In this document: positions 25,805 to 36,145 of the stretch, one piece after another
Layout of the letters: the number at the start of each line of letters is the position of its first letter
Position numbering within the stretch: the first letter of the stretch is position 1
Sequence record: OR805292.1
Direction: 5' to 3' (one strand)
DNA length: 64,000 nt
Program-made: the position numbers and the translations under genes
Notes under the pieces: generated by a model
Told to the model about the DNA's origin: nothing
What the model saw: the letters and a program-made list of their open reading frames with translations, nothing else
Databases searched by the model: none

Positions 25805-28216
25805 ATGTACATCGATATTTTCGAAGATAAGAAAAATGAAATACTTCTAGTTGCAGAACGATCTGCAGGCAAACGAATATACAAACAATACCCCATAGAT
25901 CATACGTATTACATATTAGATGCAAACGGACCGTATAAAGATATATTCGGTAATAATGCTAAAGCAATTAAGCCATCTAGCATAAATGAAAAAATGACTC
26001 AAATGAAAATGCTAGATTTTTCGCAAACGTGCGAAATAGACGTCAGGCCAGAATTTAGATGCCTGGAAGTAAACTATAAGAATGCACCTATGCCAGATTT
26101 GCATGTTGCATTCTTCGATATCGAGACCGCGTTTGATCAAAAACGCGGTTATGCTGACCCGGCTGATCCTTTTAATCCCATTATATCAATATCTGTATAT
26201 TTGCAATGGATGCAGCAAATGGTTTGCTTAGCATTAGCACCAGAGACTATATTGCCAGAAGATGCACAACGCATAGCATCAGAAGTAGGCGAAACAATTA
26301 TATGTAAAAATGAAAAAGAAATGCTAAGTATGTTTATTGACTTAGTAGAAGATGCAGACATTTTATCAGGTTGGAACTCAGAACGTTTTGATATTCCTTA
26401 TACTTTTAACAGAATTGTAAAATTATTAGGTAAGAATGAATTAAGAAAATTATGCCTTTGGAATCTTATGCCCAAGAAGCGCAATATTGAACAAGAAGGC
26501 GGCAGTAGTTTTGTTACATTCGAAACGTTCGGTAGAATACATTTAGATTATCTTCAATTGTATAAAAAGTATAATTACGAAGAACGTCATAGTTACTCGT
26601 TAGATTCTATTTCGGAAATCGAACTAGGTGAACGAAAAGTTCCATACAACGGAACATTAGACAAACTTTATAAATATGATTTTAAAAAGTTTTTAGAATA
26701 TAACATTCAAGATACTCGACTCCTAGATAAGTTAGATAGAAAATTAAAATATATAGATCTAGCTTCCACTATTGCACATAGTAATTGCATTCCTATCCCT
26801 ACAGTTATGGGTGCAGTAGCTACAACTGAACAAGCAATTATAATCGAAGCACATAATAACGGCATGGTAGTGCCATCTAGGCAACGTTTTAAAAACAATG
26901 ATACACTTAAAGCTGCGGGCGGTTGGGTAGCATATCCTAAAGTGGGACTGCATAGAGATATTGGCTCCAGTGACTTGAATTCTCTGTATCCTTCTGTGTT
27001 AAGGGCACTAAACATGAGCCCAGAAACTATTATAGGACAAGTTCGGTTAACGCTTACTAACCCTGCAATCGAAGAATGGTGTGCAAAAGGCGGAACAAAA
27101 CATACATTTGCTGCATGGTGGAACGATAGGTTTACCACTTTAGAAATGGAATATGTGTTAAACAAAGACAGGGGTACTATATTAACGTTAGATATGGCAG
27201 ACGGGCGCTCGTTTGAACTGTCAGGTGCCGAAATATACGAATTAGTATTCAACAGTGGTCAGAATTGGCATATCAGTGCTAACGGAACTATATTTACACA
27301 AGACAGGGCAGGTGTAATTCCGTTACTACTTACAAGATGGTATGCAGAACGTAAAGGGATGCAGAAAATTGCATCAGATTATAATTCTTTAGATAAAGAA
27401 CACCATAGCGACAAAACTGTATTTTTAGAAGATAAATCAGTATTAGATGGAATATGCGTAGGCGAAGTTGAATTAGCAGACCATTATAATATTAATGATG
27501 TATATGTTGCAGCTACATTAAAAAGTCTTGTCGAATCAAAAAATTGGCAAGAAGTAGCAATATATATGAAAAAATATGGACTAGAAGTGTCGTCTGACAA
27601 TTCAATTGTTATGTCAGATTCCCATATGCAAACCGAATATTACGAATATTGGGATAAAGCCCAGTTAGTTCGTAAAATTGGATTGAACAGCTTATATGGC
27701 GGACTACTTAACGAACATTCTAGATTCTACGATAAAAGACTAGGACAGAGTACTACACTCACAGGGCGCTGTATCACTAGACATATGGCATCTAAAACAA
27801 ACGAAATGTTCACTGGCATTTACGATCACGAAGGCGATTGTGTAATTTATGGCGATACAGATAGTGTAGATGGATCAACTATCCTAAATACTTCTCTAGG
27901 TAAAATAACTATAGAAGAATTGTTTAATGTGTCTGACAAGCATATAGTTCATGCAGAAAAAGAATTTGCTTCAAATGAAGATGTTATGGTAATGTCATGG
28001 GATAATTCTGCAAAACAACCATATATGGGGCATATAAACTATGTGTACCGGCACGAAGTAGAAAAAGAGTTATTCGAAATAGAAGACAACAACGGAAATA
28101 AAGTTATTGTAACCGAAGATCATTCTATTATGGTTATACGTAATGCAGAACTACTAGAAGTTAAGCCCGCAGAGTTAACAGACAGTGATATAATATTATC
28201 TATTGTATATGAATAA
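25805..28216 (+). CDS. polB: Family-B DNA polymerase, N-terminal part, fused to split-intein N-half
   Basis: Exonuclease motifs FFDIET, WNSERFDIPY and YNIQD; polymerase motifs SDLNSLYPS, KIGLNSLYG and YGDTD, followed directly by intein sequence SVDGSTIL...TEDHS. ATG 25805 preferred over track start 25769. Confidence 0.95.
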   Translation: MYIDIFEDKKNEILLVAERSAGKRIYKQYPIDHTYYILDANGPYKDIFGNNAKAIKPSSINEKMTQMKMLDFSQTCEIDVRPEFRCLEVNYKNAPMPDLHVAFFDIETAFDQKRGYADPADPFNPIISISVYLQWMQQMVCLALAPETILPEDAQRIASEVGETIICKNEKEMLSMFIDLVEDADILSGWNSERFDIPYTFNRIVKLLGKNELRKLCLWNLMPKKRNIEQEGGSSFVTFETFGRIHLDYLQLYKKYNYEERHSYSLDSISEIELGERKVPYNGTLDKLYKYDFKKFLEYNIQDTRLLDKLDRKLKYIDLASTIAHSNCIPIPTVMGAVATTEQAIIIEAHNNGMVVPSRQRFKNNDTLKAAGGWVAYPKVGLHRDIGSSDLNSLYPSVLRALNMSPETIIGQVRLTLTNPAIEEWCAKGGTKHTFAAWWNDRFTTLEMEYVLNKDRGTILTLDMADGRSFELSGAEIYELVFNSGQNWHISANGTIFTQDRAGVIPLLLTRWYAERKGMQKIASDYNSLDKEHHSDKTVFLEDKSVLDGICVGEVELADHYNINDVYVAATLKSLVESKNWQEVAIYMKKYGLEVSSDNSIVMSDSHMQTEYYEYWDKAQLVRKIGLNSLYGGLLNEHSRFYDKRLGQSTTLTGRCITRHMASKTNEMFTGIYDHEGDCVIYGDTDSVDGSTILNTSLGKITIEELFNVSDKHIVHAEKEFASNEDVMVMSWDNSAKQPYMGHINYVYRHEVEKELFEIEDNNGNKVIVTEDHSIMVIRNAELLEVKPAELTDSDIILSIVYE
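27863..28216 (+). mobile_element. Split intein N-fragment (117 aa, Ser1, no Cys)
   Basis: Starts right after YGDTD; block A SVDGSTIL and block B VIVTEDHSIMV, then a stop codon. Confidence 0.9.
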
Positions 28217-29891
28217 AGAATATTATCAGTCATACGCAAAAGAATTAAAAAAGAATAATAAGAAAGAATACAATCGTATTCTTTCTTTGTATGAGCCTGT
28301 ATTTGATAAATGGGTTGCATTCAAGTATTATATAGAAGGAATATCGCCGCCTGTATGTAAAGAGTGTGGTAATAGAATAACTGTTTCGGCAAAACAAGCA
28401 GAATATCACACAGAATGCAAATATAATAAACACAAGTATTCATTTGATAAATTTATAAAATGCATAGATGATGACCAATACATATATTGTGTGTGGAATG
28501 GATATATTTCAACATCTGACAATATAACATACAGATGCACTAAACACGGCATAATTGTTCAAAAACTTAGTTCTAGACTAAAAGGTCACAAATGCCAAAA
28601 ATGTTCAGCTGAGCGTAAAGTAAGTCTAGATAACTTTAATAACTGGAAAACGCAGTGTTCTAAAATACATAATAATTTTTATGATTATTCTGTATCTACT
28701 GATTTTACATTCTTAACAAAAGATGTATCTATTAAATGTCCAATACATGGAATATTTAAACAAAAAGCAAACGTTCATCAATCGGGTCACGGTTGTAAAA
28801 AATGCTCGTTCGAAGCCATCGGTCATAAATTATCATATGACACAGATTCTTTTATAGAAAGAAGTAATAATGTTCATAATAATTTTTATGACTATACCAA
28901 AACTATATACACTAACATTAGAGATAAAGTTATTATAACATGCCCGATACATGGCGACTTTAACCAGATAGCATATTATCATACTGCCGGGCACGGTTGT
29001 CAGAAATGCGATTTAGATAAAGTAGCAGAAACTACATATAGATCTAAGGCAGAAATAGAAATATTCGATTTAGTTAAATCTTATTGCTCAGATACAATTC
29101 ATTCATACAATAAATTTGGGTTCGAATTAGACATATATGTTCCTAGTAAAAATCTTGCAATAGAATATAATGGACTTTATTGGCATTCTTCTAAACACAT
29201 AGAAACTGATCAAAAGTATAAAACATACCATCTTGATAAAACCACTACATGTGAACAAAATAATATCCAATTATTACACATTTTCGACAACGAATGGCAT
29301 ACTAAAAAAGATATATGGATCTCGGTAATAAAAAATAAACTAGGTTTATCTAATAAAATATATGCAAGAAAAACAGAAATTAAAGAAGTTAATTTCGATG
29401 ATGCAAAGCAATTTGCCGAAACGAACCATTTGCAAGGTCATGCACAATTTCGGCATGCATACGGACTGTATTATTCAGATCAATTAGTTTCTTTATTAAC
29501 AATTGCAAAGCCCAGGTTTAATAAAAATGCAAACTGGGAAATAGTAAGATTTTGTAACCTAAATAACACAAGTGTAATAGGTGGGTTTTCTAAATTATTA
29601 AAGGTAGTTTCTTGTAATTTTACAGGCAAGATAGTATCATATGCAAATAGGCGCTGGTCCGTAGGAAACGTTTATGAAAAAAACGGATTTGCTAAAACTT
29701 CAATAATAGCTCCTGGATTTTATTATACTGACTTCAAAGATACATATAATAGGTTATCTTTCTCTAAAGACAAGGCAAAAGTTAAATTAAAAAATTATAA
29801 TAATTCAGTTAGTGTAGTAGAAAATATTTACGCAAACGGATATGGCAGAATTTGGGATTCAGGAAATATTGTTTATACAAAGGATTTATAA
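28209..29891 (+). mobile_element. Free-standing putative homing endonuclease between the polymerase halves
   Basis: Repeated CPIHG...H..GHGC.KC Zn modules; nuclease-like core SKAE...ELDIYVPSKNLAIEYNGLYWHS...LLHIFDNEW; C-terminal YARK...HLQG...RFC...YANRRWS...WDSG module. ATG 28209 overlaps the IntN stop (track start 28203). Confidence 0.8.
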
Positions 29892-30146
29892 ATGCATAAT
29901 CTAACAAAACACCTTTTAGGTGTATTTTCTGCAAAAACAGAAGACGAAGAATATAAAAGTGCAAAAAGAGCGCTAGAAGAATTAAACAAAAATATAAAAG
30001 AAAGAGATCCTAATAAATTTAATGTGTCTTTAGGAAAGGTATCTAAAGTAACTAATTTAGGAAAAAAGAAACAATATGTATACGATATAGGGATGAAAAA
30101 TCCCGATAATCCGTATTTCTTTGGAAATAATATATTAGTTCACAAT
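29892..30146 (+). mobile_element. Split intein C-fragment (85 aa, ends His-Asn, no Cys)
   Basis: CAC AAT at 30141-30146, followed by TCT (Ser+1). Confidence 0.9.
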
Positions 30147-31031
30147 TCTTGCTATTTTACAGCATGGCCTGCAGTAAAAGACCTTGTAGAATCTGGCGAA
30201 ATGGAATGGGATAAAGATACTGTCATTAAATTATACGACAACGTTTCGTCGCAAGTAAGTGATACATTTCCGGAATTTTTAAAACAAACATTTAATGTTC
30301 CATACAAAAACTCAGAAGGTGTTATTAAGTCGGGTAGGGAAATTGTAGCTACTTCTGGTCTTTTTATTAAAAAGAAACGTTATGCTGCTATGATGTATGA
30401 TAAAGAAGGTACTAGATACGACGACGAAAACAGCCCAGGAAAAGTAAAAGCAATGGGTTTAGACTTACGTCGGTCAGATACGCCTAAATTTGTCCAAACA
30501 TTCCTTATGGAAATTCTAGTTATGGTGCTAACACATAAAACAGAAGATGAAGTAATAGAATATATTCGAGAATTTAAAAAAGAATTTAATAAAATGAAAC
30601 CGTGGGAAAAGGGAATGCCAAAAGGCGTCAACGGTATCAGTACATATGAAGATAAATTAGAAGAACACATGAATAAAAAGTTAGCAGGAAGAGAGTCTAG
30701 AATCACTGTCCCCGGTCACGTGTCTGCTGCGATGAATTGGAATAAACTAAAGCTTATCAATAAAGACCTACATACTCCTAAAATCTCAGATGGTCAAAAA
30801 TGTGTTGTTTGTTATTTAAAAGAAACCGCAGACAATCATTTTACTAGTATAGCATATCCTGTAGATGAATTGCACTTACCAGAATGGTTTACGTCTTTGC
30901 CATTTGATGAAGATTTAATGAGAGAAAAAGTAGTAGATAACAAAGTTAAGAACCTTTTAGGTATTCTAAAATGGGATTTTAGTAAAACAGAAGAAGCTGC
31001 TGCACACTTCGATTCGCTGTTTGGTTGGTAA
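29892..31031 (+). CDS. polB: Split-intein C-half fused to family-B DNA polymerase C-terminal part
   Basis: VYDIGM...YFFGNNILVHN|SCYF (blocks F/G, Ser+1), then KKKRYA and VKAMGLDLRRSDTP (PolB thumb); own AAGGA SD. Confidence 0.95.
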   Translation: MHNLTKHLLGVFSAKTEDEEYKSAKRALEELNKNIKERDPNKFNVSLGKVSKVTNLGKKKQYVYDIGMKNPDNPYFFGNNILVHNSCYFTAWPAVKDLVESGEMEWDKDTVIKLYDNVSSQVSDTFPEFLKQTFNVPYKNSEGVIKSGREIVATSGLFIKKKRYAAMMYDKEGTRYDDENSPGKVKAMGLDLRRSDTPKFVQTFLMEILVMVLTHKTEDEVIEYIREFKKEFNKMKPWEKGMPKGVNGISTYEDKLEEHMNKKLAGRESRITVPGHVSAAMNWNKLKLINKDLHTPKISDGQKCVVCYLKETADNHFTSIAYPVDELHLPEWFTSLPFDEDLMREKVVDNKVKNLLGILKWDFSKTEEAAAHFDSLFGW

Positions 31032-31053
31032 TCAAAAACTATACTTTGTACAC

Positions 31054-31082
31054 TTGCATTATGAAAATATTTAATGTATAAT
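31054..31082 (+). promoter_or_regulatory. sigma70-type promoter
   Basis: TTGCAT-17 nt-TATAAT. Confidence 0.7.
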
Positions 31083-31111
31083 TCACACACATCTTAGGAG
31101 AATAATAAGTA

Positions 31112-31858
31112 ATGATTGTAGACAATTTAAAGGACGTAGTTCGTAACACTCACGGTTTGGGTTTTATAGATACTGTTAAAATTATCGGTTCTGTAAATGA
31201 AACTAAATTAGAAGCTATGTCAACTAATAAAACTGTAGTTATGTACGGTTCTTTAAAAAAATCCATTCCGGGGTTAGACGATACTGTAGGTTTAAGTAGA
31301 ATGTCTGTACTGAGCGGTATGTTAAATTTCCCACCATATTCGGGAGATGATGCTGAAGTTTCTATTAAGAAACAAGAACGTAACGGTGAAGAAATTCCTG
31401 CAGAAATTGTATTTTCTTCTTCGACGGGTCATAAATCGTCGTACCGGTTTATGGCACGAGATACAGTAGACGAAGTGCTAAAAGTTCCGCCGTTTAGAGG
31501 AGTTGTGTGGGATATAGTTATTCAACCTACTAAACAAGCGATGAAGGATCTTCAATATTTTAGTGCTGTATTGGGTTCTTATGAATCTAACTTTTTAGTT
31601 AAAGTAACAGACGGTGTTTTAGAATTCCACATAGGTACCGGTGCTACTAGCGACCGCACCGTTGTACCATTTGCAAAAGATGTAAAGAGCACATTACGCA
31701 ATAACTGGTCCTGGCCATTACCAGAAGTGTTAGCAATTCTAAAAAACGCAGATAGTGGCAAATGTACTATGTCTATTTCTAGCCAGGGTGCATTAATGAT
31801 TGAACTCGATACTGGATTAATAGAAGTTCAATATATTCTTCCTGCAAAAAGTGCATAA
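31112..31858 (+). CDS. Putative DNA polymerase sliding clamp (gp45/PCNA-like)
   Basis: 248 aa, directly after the polymerase; alternating beta-alpha pattern ending YILPA. Size and position fit a clamp. Confidence 0.6.
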   Translation: MIVDNLKDVVRNTHGLGFIDTVKIIGSVNETKLEAMSTNKTVVMYGSLKKSIPGLDDTVGLSRMSVLSGMLNFPPYSGDDAEVSIKKQERNGEEIPAEIVFSSSTGHKSSYRFMARDTVDEVLKVPPFRGVVWDIVIQPTKQAMKDLQYFSAVLGSYESNFLVKVTDGVLEFHIGTGATSDRTVVPFAKDVKSTLRNNWSWPLPEVLAILKNADSGKCTMSISSQGALMIELDTGLIEVQYILPAKSA

Positions 31859-31861
31859 ATA

Positions 31862-32122
31862 ATGATCTTACCTGCTCGTAAATTAGTTAAATTGCAATAC
31901 TATATTGTACAGGAATCTTACAATTCTATAGGTAGACCAATAACTACAGTTACTCTTGTATACAGAAAATATATATTTTTTACAAAGAAAGAAAAAATTA
32001 TATTCGAGCGTATTAAGAAAACAGACAATTTGTATTATAAACAAGAATCCGAAAAAGAGTTGTGTGAACAACTAAGTGTATGGGCAAAAAGAACATTAAA
32101 AATATATGATATAGGGCAATAA
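31862..32122 (+). CDS. Hypothetical protein
   Basis: 86-aa co-oriented ORF ending in a terminator. Confidence 0.6.
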   Translation: MILPARKLVKLQYYIVQESYNSIGRPITTVTLVYRKYIFFTKKEKIIFERIKKTDNLYYKQESEKELCEQLSVWAKRTLKIYDIGQ

Positions 32123-32137
32123 TTGCCCTATATTTTT
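32109..32137. terminator. Intrinsic terminator
   Basis: atatagggcaat-a-attgccctatat followed by a T tract. Confidence 0.75.
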
Positions 32138-32157
32138 CATTTATAAATGAATTAACC

Positions 32158-32163
32158 TAAATA
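32158..32163 (+). promoter_or_regulatory. Late promoter core (TAAATA) upstream of the TGT-like gene
   Basis: Between a terminator and ATG 32195 (AAGGA SD). Confidence 0.45.
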
Positions 32164-32194
32164 CATATGCACTAAAGAATAATTAAGGAATATA

Positions 32195-33817
32195 ATGAAA
32201 AATTTATCAAACAGTCAAAAAGATTATGCGATCTATTTGCCTGCAATTAGTGGGTTTTACACAAAACAATTAGACAGTTCTATTAACGATCCGTCTACAA
32301 GAAAAATACCTAGCTTTCCTAACGGATATAATACTCTTAATTTTTTAGATCCATCTAGCGATACATTCTTTTACGGGTATGGGTTATATTCTGCAGGCCA
32401 TGCAGAACTGTCTTTATCTAGAACTGATGCAAAAGAATGGATGATCCAAGCCAGGGACAAAACACAAACAACAGTTATTGCAGATTCGGGTGGTTTCCAG
32501 GTAGCTACCGGTGTAATTAAATTAAACTGGGATGATTTTAAAGGAGCTAGCGGAGATAAAATAAGAAATGAAATTTTAAAATGGTGTGAACATACCGCCG
32601 ACTGGTCAATGACACTAGATGTTCCTGCGTTTGCTGCTACTCCTCCGTACAGTTCAAAAACCGGTCTTAATAAATTTGAAGATACATTAGATTATTCTCT
32701 TCATAATTTACATTATTACATGAAGAACAGAACTCCTGGCGCAACTAAATTCCTTAGTGTATTATCGGGATCAGATGTAGATACATCTAAAATTTGGTAC
32801 GACAACGTAAAAGCATTTAGTGACCCAGCTAAAGTAGTAGAAATGGGATATCCAGCTAGTCATACACTCGAAGGGTATGCATTTGCTGGTATAAACATGA
32901 GAAATATGTATTGTGCTCTTTCTCGATTCTTAGATTTAATAGATGATAATATTATTTCGGATAAAAACTGGATACACTTTCTCGGACTAGGCAGGACTGA
33001 TTGGGCTTGTTTCTTAACATCTATTCAGCGAAATATAAGAAAACATTATAATCCCAATATTAACATAAGTTTTGACGCAGCTTCTCCGTTTGTTTCTGTG
33101 GCATATGGTCTTGCATATAACTATAATTATTTTAATCCCAAACGGTGGGGATATAATATGGATTCTGCCCCAGACAGTAGAGAGTTTAGTGATAAAGATA
33201 TTCCAATGCCGTTTATGAGTCCTATTATGGAAAAATTATCATTAAAAGACATATGTCCATATCACAATGGTTATGGTATAATAAATGGTGTTAAAAATGC
33301 AAACTTTACAAAAGAAGATGTAGAAACTGCTCTCAAAGAAGGAAAAGATGCAGAATACGTGCCGCCGAGTGCAAATAAAAATGGTAAAGTAGGTAAAACC
33401 AGTTGGGATTCACTTAGTTACTTATTAATAATGAATCACAATGTTTACAATCATATAGCTGCAATCCAAGAATCTAATAGATTAGTTGATATAGAACGGT
33501 TGCGAGTTAAAGTAGATTACCGAGATTGGACTAGAGATAAAAAGAAAGGGACTATAGAAGTAAGTAATCACGTCCCTAGTTCGATTTTATATTTTGACCA
33601 TTTCGTAGAAGTATTGCTAGATCCGAGTACTCCTAATAAGCGACAATTACTAGAAGATTATAGACCTATGCTAGACAGCATTAGTTTCGGTAATTATAAC
33701 TCAAACTCATTTAATAGTCTTTTTGATGTAGATGCTACTGCAATTGAAGATGAAAATAAGTTTGCAGACATAAACGACGAAAAACTAACTGAATTAGAAC
33801 AAGGATTAGACAATTAA
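32195..33817 (+). CDS. TGT/DpdA-like guanine transglycosylase
   Basis: TGT-fold motifs ADSGGFQ (catalytic Asp), MTLDVP, WIHFLG and ISFDAASP; the canonical CxCxxC Zn site is not evident. Confidence 0.75.
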   Translation: MKNLSNSQKDYAIYLPAISGFYTKQLDSSINDPSTRKIPSFPNGYNTLNFLDPSSDTFFYGYGLYSAGHAELSLSRTDAKEWMIQARDKTQTTVIADSGGFQVATGVIKLNWDDFKGASGDKIRNEILKWCEHTADWSMTLDVPAFAATPPYSSKTGLNKFEDTLDYSLHNLHYYMKNRTPGATKFLSVLSGSDVDTSKIWYDNVKAFSDPAKVVEMGYPASHTLEGYAFAGINMRNMYCALSRFLDLIDDNIISDKNWIHFLGLGRTDWACFLTSIQRNIRKHYNPNINISFDAASPFVSVAYGLAYNYNYFNPKRWGYNMDSAPDSREFSDKDIPMPFMSPIMEKLSLKDICPYHNGYGIINGVKNANFTKEDVETALKEGKDAEYVPPSANKNGKVGKTSWDSLSYLLIMNHNVYNHIAAIQESNRLVDIERLRVKVDYRDWTRDKKKGTIEVSNHVPSSILYFDHFVEVLLDPSTPNKRQLLEDYRPMLDSISFGNYNSNSFNSLFDVDATAIEDENKFADINDEKLTELEQGLDN

Positions 33818-34878
33818 TGAAAGTTATAATAATCCCAATCGAATCAATAGAAACTCGGTATACGTCAGAATGGAATACGTTTCTTAAACCGCAACTAGAA
33901 AAGTATATAAACGAATCCGGTCTCGATGCAGAAATAGTTCAAATTGATGTAGATTATGTTGACGAAGGCACCTCTGCGGGCGCCTTCCTTAACTTTGCAA
34001 ATACAAACATATTCAAAAGCAATCAATTCATTAAATTAGCAAGTATAATAGAAACTTTAAACGATAACGATGTTGTTCTCTATACAGACGCATGGAATCC
34101 CACAGTAGTTCAACTAAATTACATGCGATCGTTAATGAATAAAAAATTTAAAATAATGGGGTTGTGGCACGCCGGTTCGTATGATCCGCATGATTTTTTA
34201 GGAAGGCACTTTGATAAAAATTGGTCATATGAATTTGAAAGATCATTATATAATATATATGATGTAAATTTCTATGCAACTAATTTTAGTAAAGATCTCA
34301 TGATAGATAACCTTTTTGGTAAAACAGCTAACGTAAACAGACACGATATAGTAGGTTGGCCAATGGAATATTTAGTTGACCAACTTGCACCTTCTGTTAT
34401 CAAGACAGATACTATATTATTTCCTCATCGAATTTCTCCGGAAAAACAACCAAATATATTTAAAAAATTAAGATCATTACTTCCTAACTACGAGTTTGTT
34501 TTTGCACAAGAAACTAAATTATCAAAGGCAGAATATCATACACTTCTTAAACGTTCTAAAATTGTCTTTTCGGCTTCGTTGCAGGAAACATTAGGTATAG
34601 GTTTCTACGAAGGTGCATTAGTCGGTGCAATTCCGTTATTGCCCGACCGATTGTCTTATAAAGAAATGACAGAAAATGTAAAAAACAGAAATTTGTATGT
34701 ATATCCAAATGAATGGACTATTTCGGAAAATCTGGCAGACCTAAAAAATTTAGTTACCCTAATAGATTATACTATGCGTAATTATAATTTTATAGTAGAA
34801 GAAATGAAACTTAATTTACTGCCCGAATTAAACAAATATTATAACGGAACAGAGTTGTATAAAAGAATTTTAAAATAA
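33817..34878 (+). CDS. GT-B (GT4-like) glycosyltransferase
   Basis: LFPHRISPEKQP and KIVFSASLQETLGIGFYEG (E-x7-E motif), PLLPDRLSYKE; overlaps the TGT-like stop codon (TAATG). Confidence 0.82.
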   Translation: MKVIIIPIESIETRYTSEWNTFLKPQLEKYINESGLDAEIVQIDVDYVDEGTSAGAFLNFANTNIFKSNQFIKLASIIETLNDNDVVLYTDAWNPTVVQLNYMRSLMNKKFKIMGLWHAGSYDPHDFLGRHFDKNWSYEFERSLYNIYDVNFYATNFSKDLMIDNLFGKTANVNRHDIVGWPMEYLVDQLAPSVIKTDTILFPHRISPEKQPNIFKKLRSLLPNYEFVFAQETKLSKAEYHTLLKRSKIVFSASLQETLGIGFYEGALVGAIPLLPDRLSYKEMTENVKNRNLYVYPNEWTISENLADLKNLVTLIDYTMRNYNFIVEEMKLNLLPELNKYYNGTELYKRILK

Positions 34879-34903
34879 TTTCCATTTAATATTCTGCATA
34901 CAA

Positions 34904-34932
34904 TTTACATTTTAATACGAAAACATTATAAT
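34904..34932 (+). promoter_or_regulatory. sigma70-type promoter
   Basis: TTTACA-17 nt-TATAAT. Confidence 0.6.
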
Positions 34933-34962
34933 ATTACAAAATTAAAAATAAGGATTATTTTT

Positions 34963-35340
34963 ATGGGAATTAAACGATGGATCGAAGTTCCTTTTCAAAA
35001 AGAAGGAATTCACATGTACCCGGGTGCAGATAGTAACCCTGCACTAGCTACAAATGATTGGAAAGATGTATCTTTTTTAGGATATCCTCATTTTCATTAT
35101 TTTTATTTTACTGTTAAAATTGAAGTTTTTCATAATGAACGAGATATCGAATTTATTCAATTTAGACGGTTCTTAGAAAGACTGTATAGTGAATCTCTGC
35201 TAAAACTAGATGGTAAATCTTGTGAAACAATGGCAGAAGAATTATATGAACAAATTAACATTGTATATCCTAACAGGGACGTTGTGATTACAGTGGCAGA
35301 AGACAATATTAATAAAGCTGTTTTAGAATTTTTCAAATAA
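34963..35340 (+). CDS. QueD/PTPS-like T-fold protein
   Basis: 125 aa; GIH...GYPHFHY metal-ligand-like His motif and SCETMAEELY, ending in a beta strand (ITVAED); located next to queE. Confidence 0.55.
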   Translation: MGIKRWIEVPFQKEGIHMYPGADSNPALATNDWKDVSFLGYPHFHYFYFTVKIEVFHNERDIEFIQFRRFLERLYSESLLKLDGKSCETMAEELYEQINIVYPNRDVVITVAEDNINKAVLEFFK

Positions 35341-35354
35341 GCAAGGATGCTATT

Positions 35355-35615
35355 ATGTATAATAAACAACTGTCGGGACTATATACTACTACAACGATAA
35401 ACTCTATGCCAGCTAGCTACTCCGGATTAACGGATCTAGGCATGTATGATACAGAACTTTCAGTATTGAGGAAAAAGATAGAACAGATAGAAAAAATGTT
35501 GTGCATGTTAGAAGTAGATAAAATACTTTCAGAAAAATATCCTGCATTAAAATCTGCATATGACGAATACGAAGTCATATTATCTGTCATAAACGGTACG
35601 GAGAAAAAAGAATAA
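35355..35615 (+). CDS. Hypothetical protein (coiled-coil)
   Basis: 86 aa, AAGGA SD, abuts the next ATG. Confidence 0.7.
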   Translation: MYNKQLSGLYTTTTINSMPASYSGLTDLGMYDTELSVLRKKIEQIEKMLCMLEVDKILSEKYPALKSAYDEYEVILSVINGTEKKE

Positions 35616-36134
35616 ATGGCAATGCGTGTCATTATTACTGGTTGTAACGGTTATGTTGGTAAAACAGTAAGCAAATACTACTATACATTAGGATATGATG
35701 TCGTGGGATTTGATTTAATTAATTCAAAAAATAGTTACATAACTAATTTTTATCAAACTAGCTATGCATCTAGTATCGCAGAAGATATAATACTCGAGTC
35801 TGATGCAGACACGCTTATTCATTGTGCTGTAGAAAAAAGCAATACATTACAACAACATTTCTACCACAATAGTATTCAATTTATAAACTTATTATCAGTA
35901 TTAAAAAATACTTCTATAAAAGAAATAATAGTATTTAGAAATAAAAGTGCAGAAAATAATGATGCCCTTTTAAAACTCTCTAATAACACTAATAAAGACT
36001 ATTTAGAAGAATTTTCTAAATCGACAGGAATTAGTTCAAAAATATATAATTTGTTAGATAAGAATAATAAACAACACATTATAGAATTAGTACAACCGTA
36101 TTTAGAATTAAGTAAACACTTTTATATATTTTAA
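35616..36134 (+). CDS. Truncated/degenerate NAD-dependent epimerase/dehydratase
   Basis: VIITGCNGYVG Rossmann motif and LIHCA present; only 172 aa and no YxxxK catalytic motif. Confidence 0.65.
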   Translation: MAMRVIITGCNGYVGKTVSKYYYTLGYDVVGFDLINSKNSYITNFYQTSYASSIAEDIILESDADTLIHCAVEKSNTLQQHFYHNSIQFINLLSVLKNTSIKEIIVFRNKSAENNDALLKLSNNTNKDYLEEFSKSTGISSKIYNLLDKNNKQHIIELVQPYLELSKHFYIF

Positions 36135-36145
36135 GGAGATATTAT

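Noticed and set aside
27374-27645. ~90-aa segment in the polymerase fingers region
   Set aside because: T4/RB69-type polymerases already have long fingers; I cannot call it an insertion without an alignment.
28217-29891. Group I intron interrupting the polymerase
   Set aside because: The interval is fully occupied by the endonuclease ORF with abutting start and stop codons; the intein halves explain the split.
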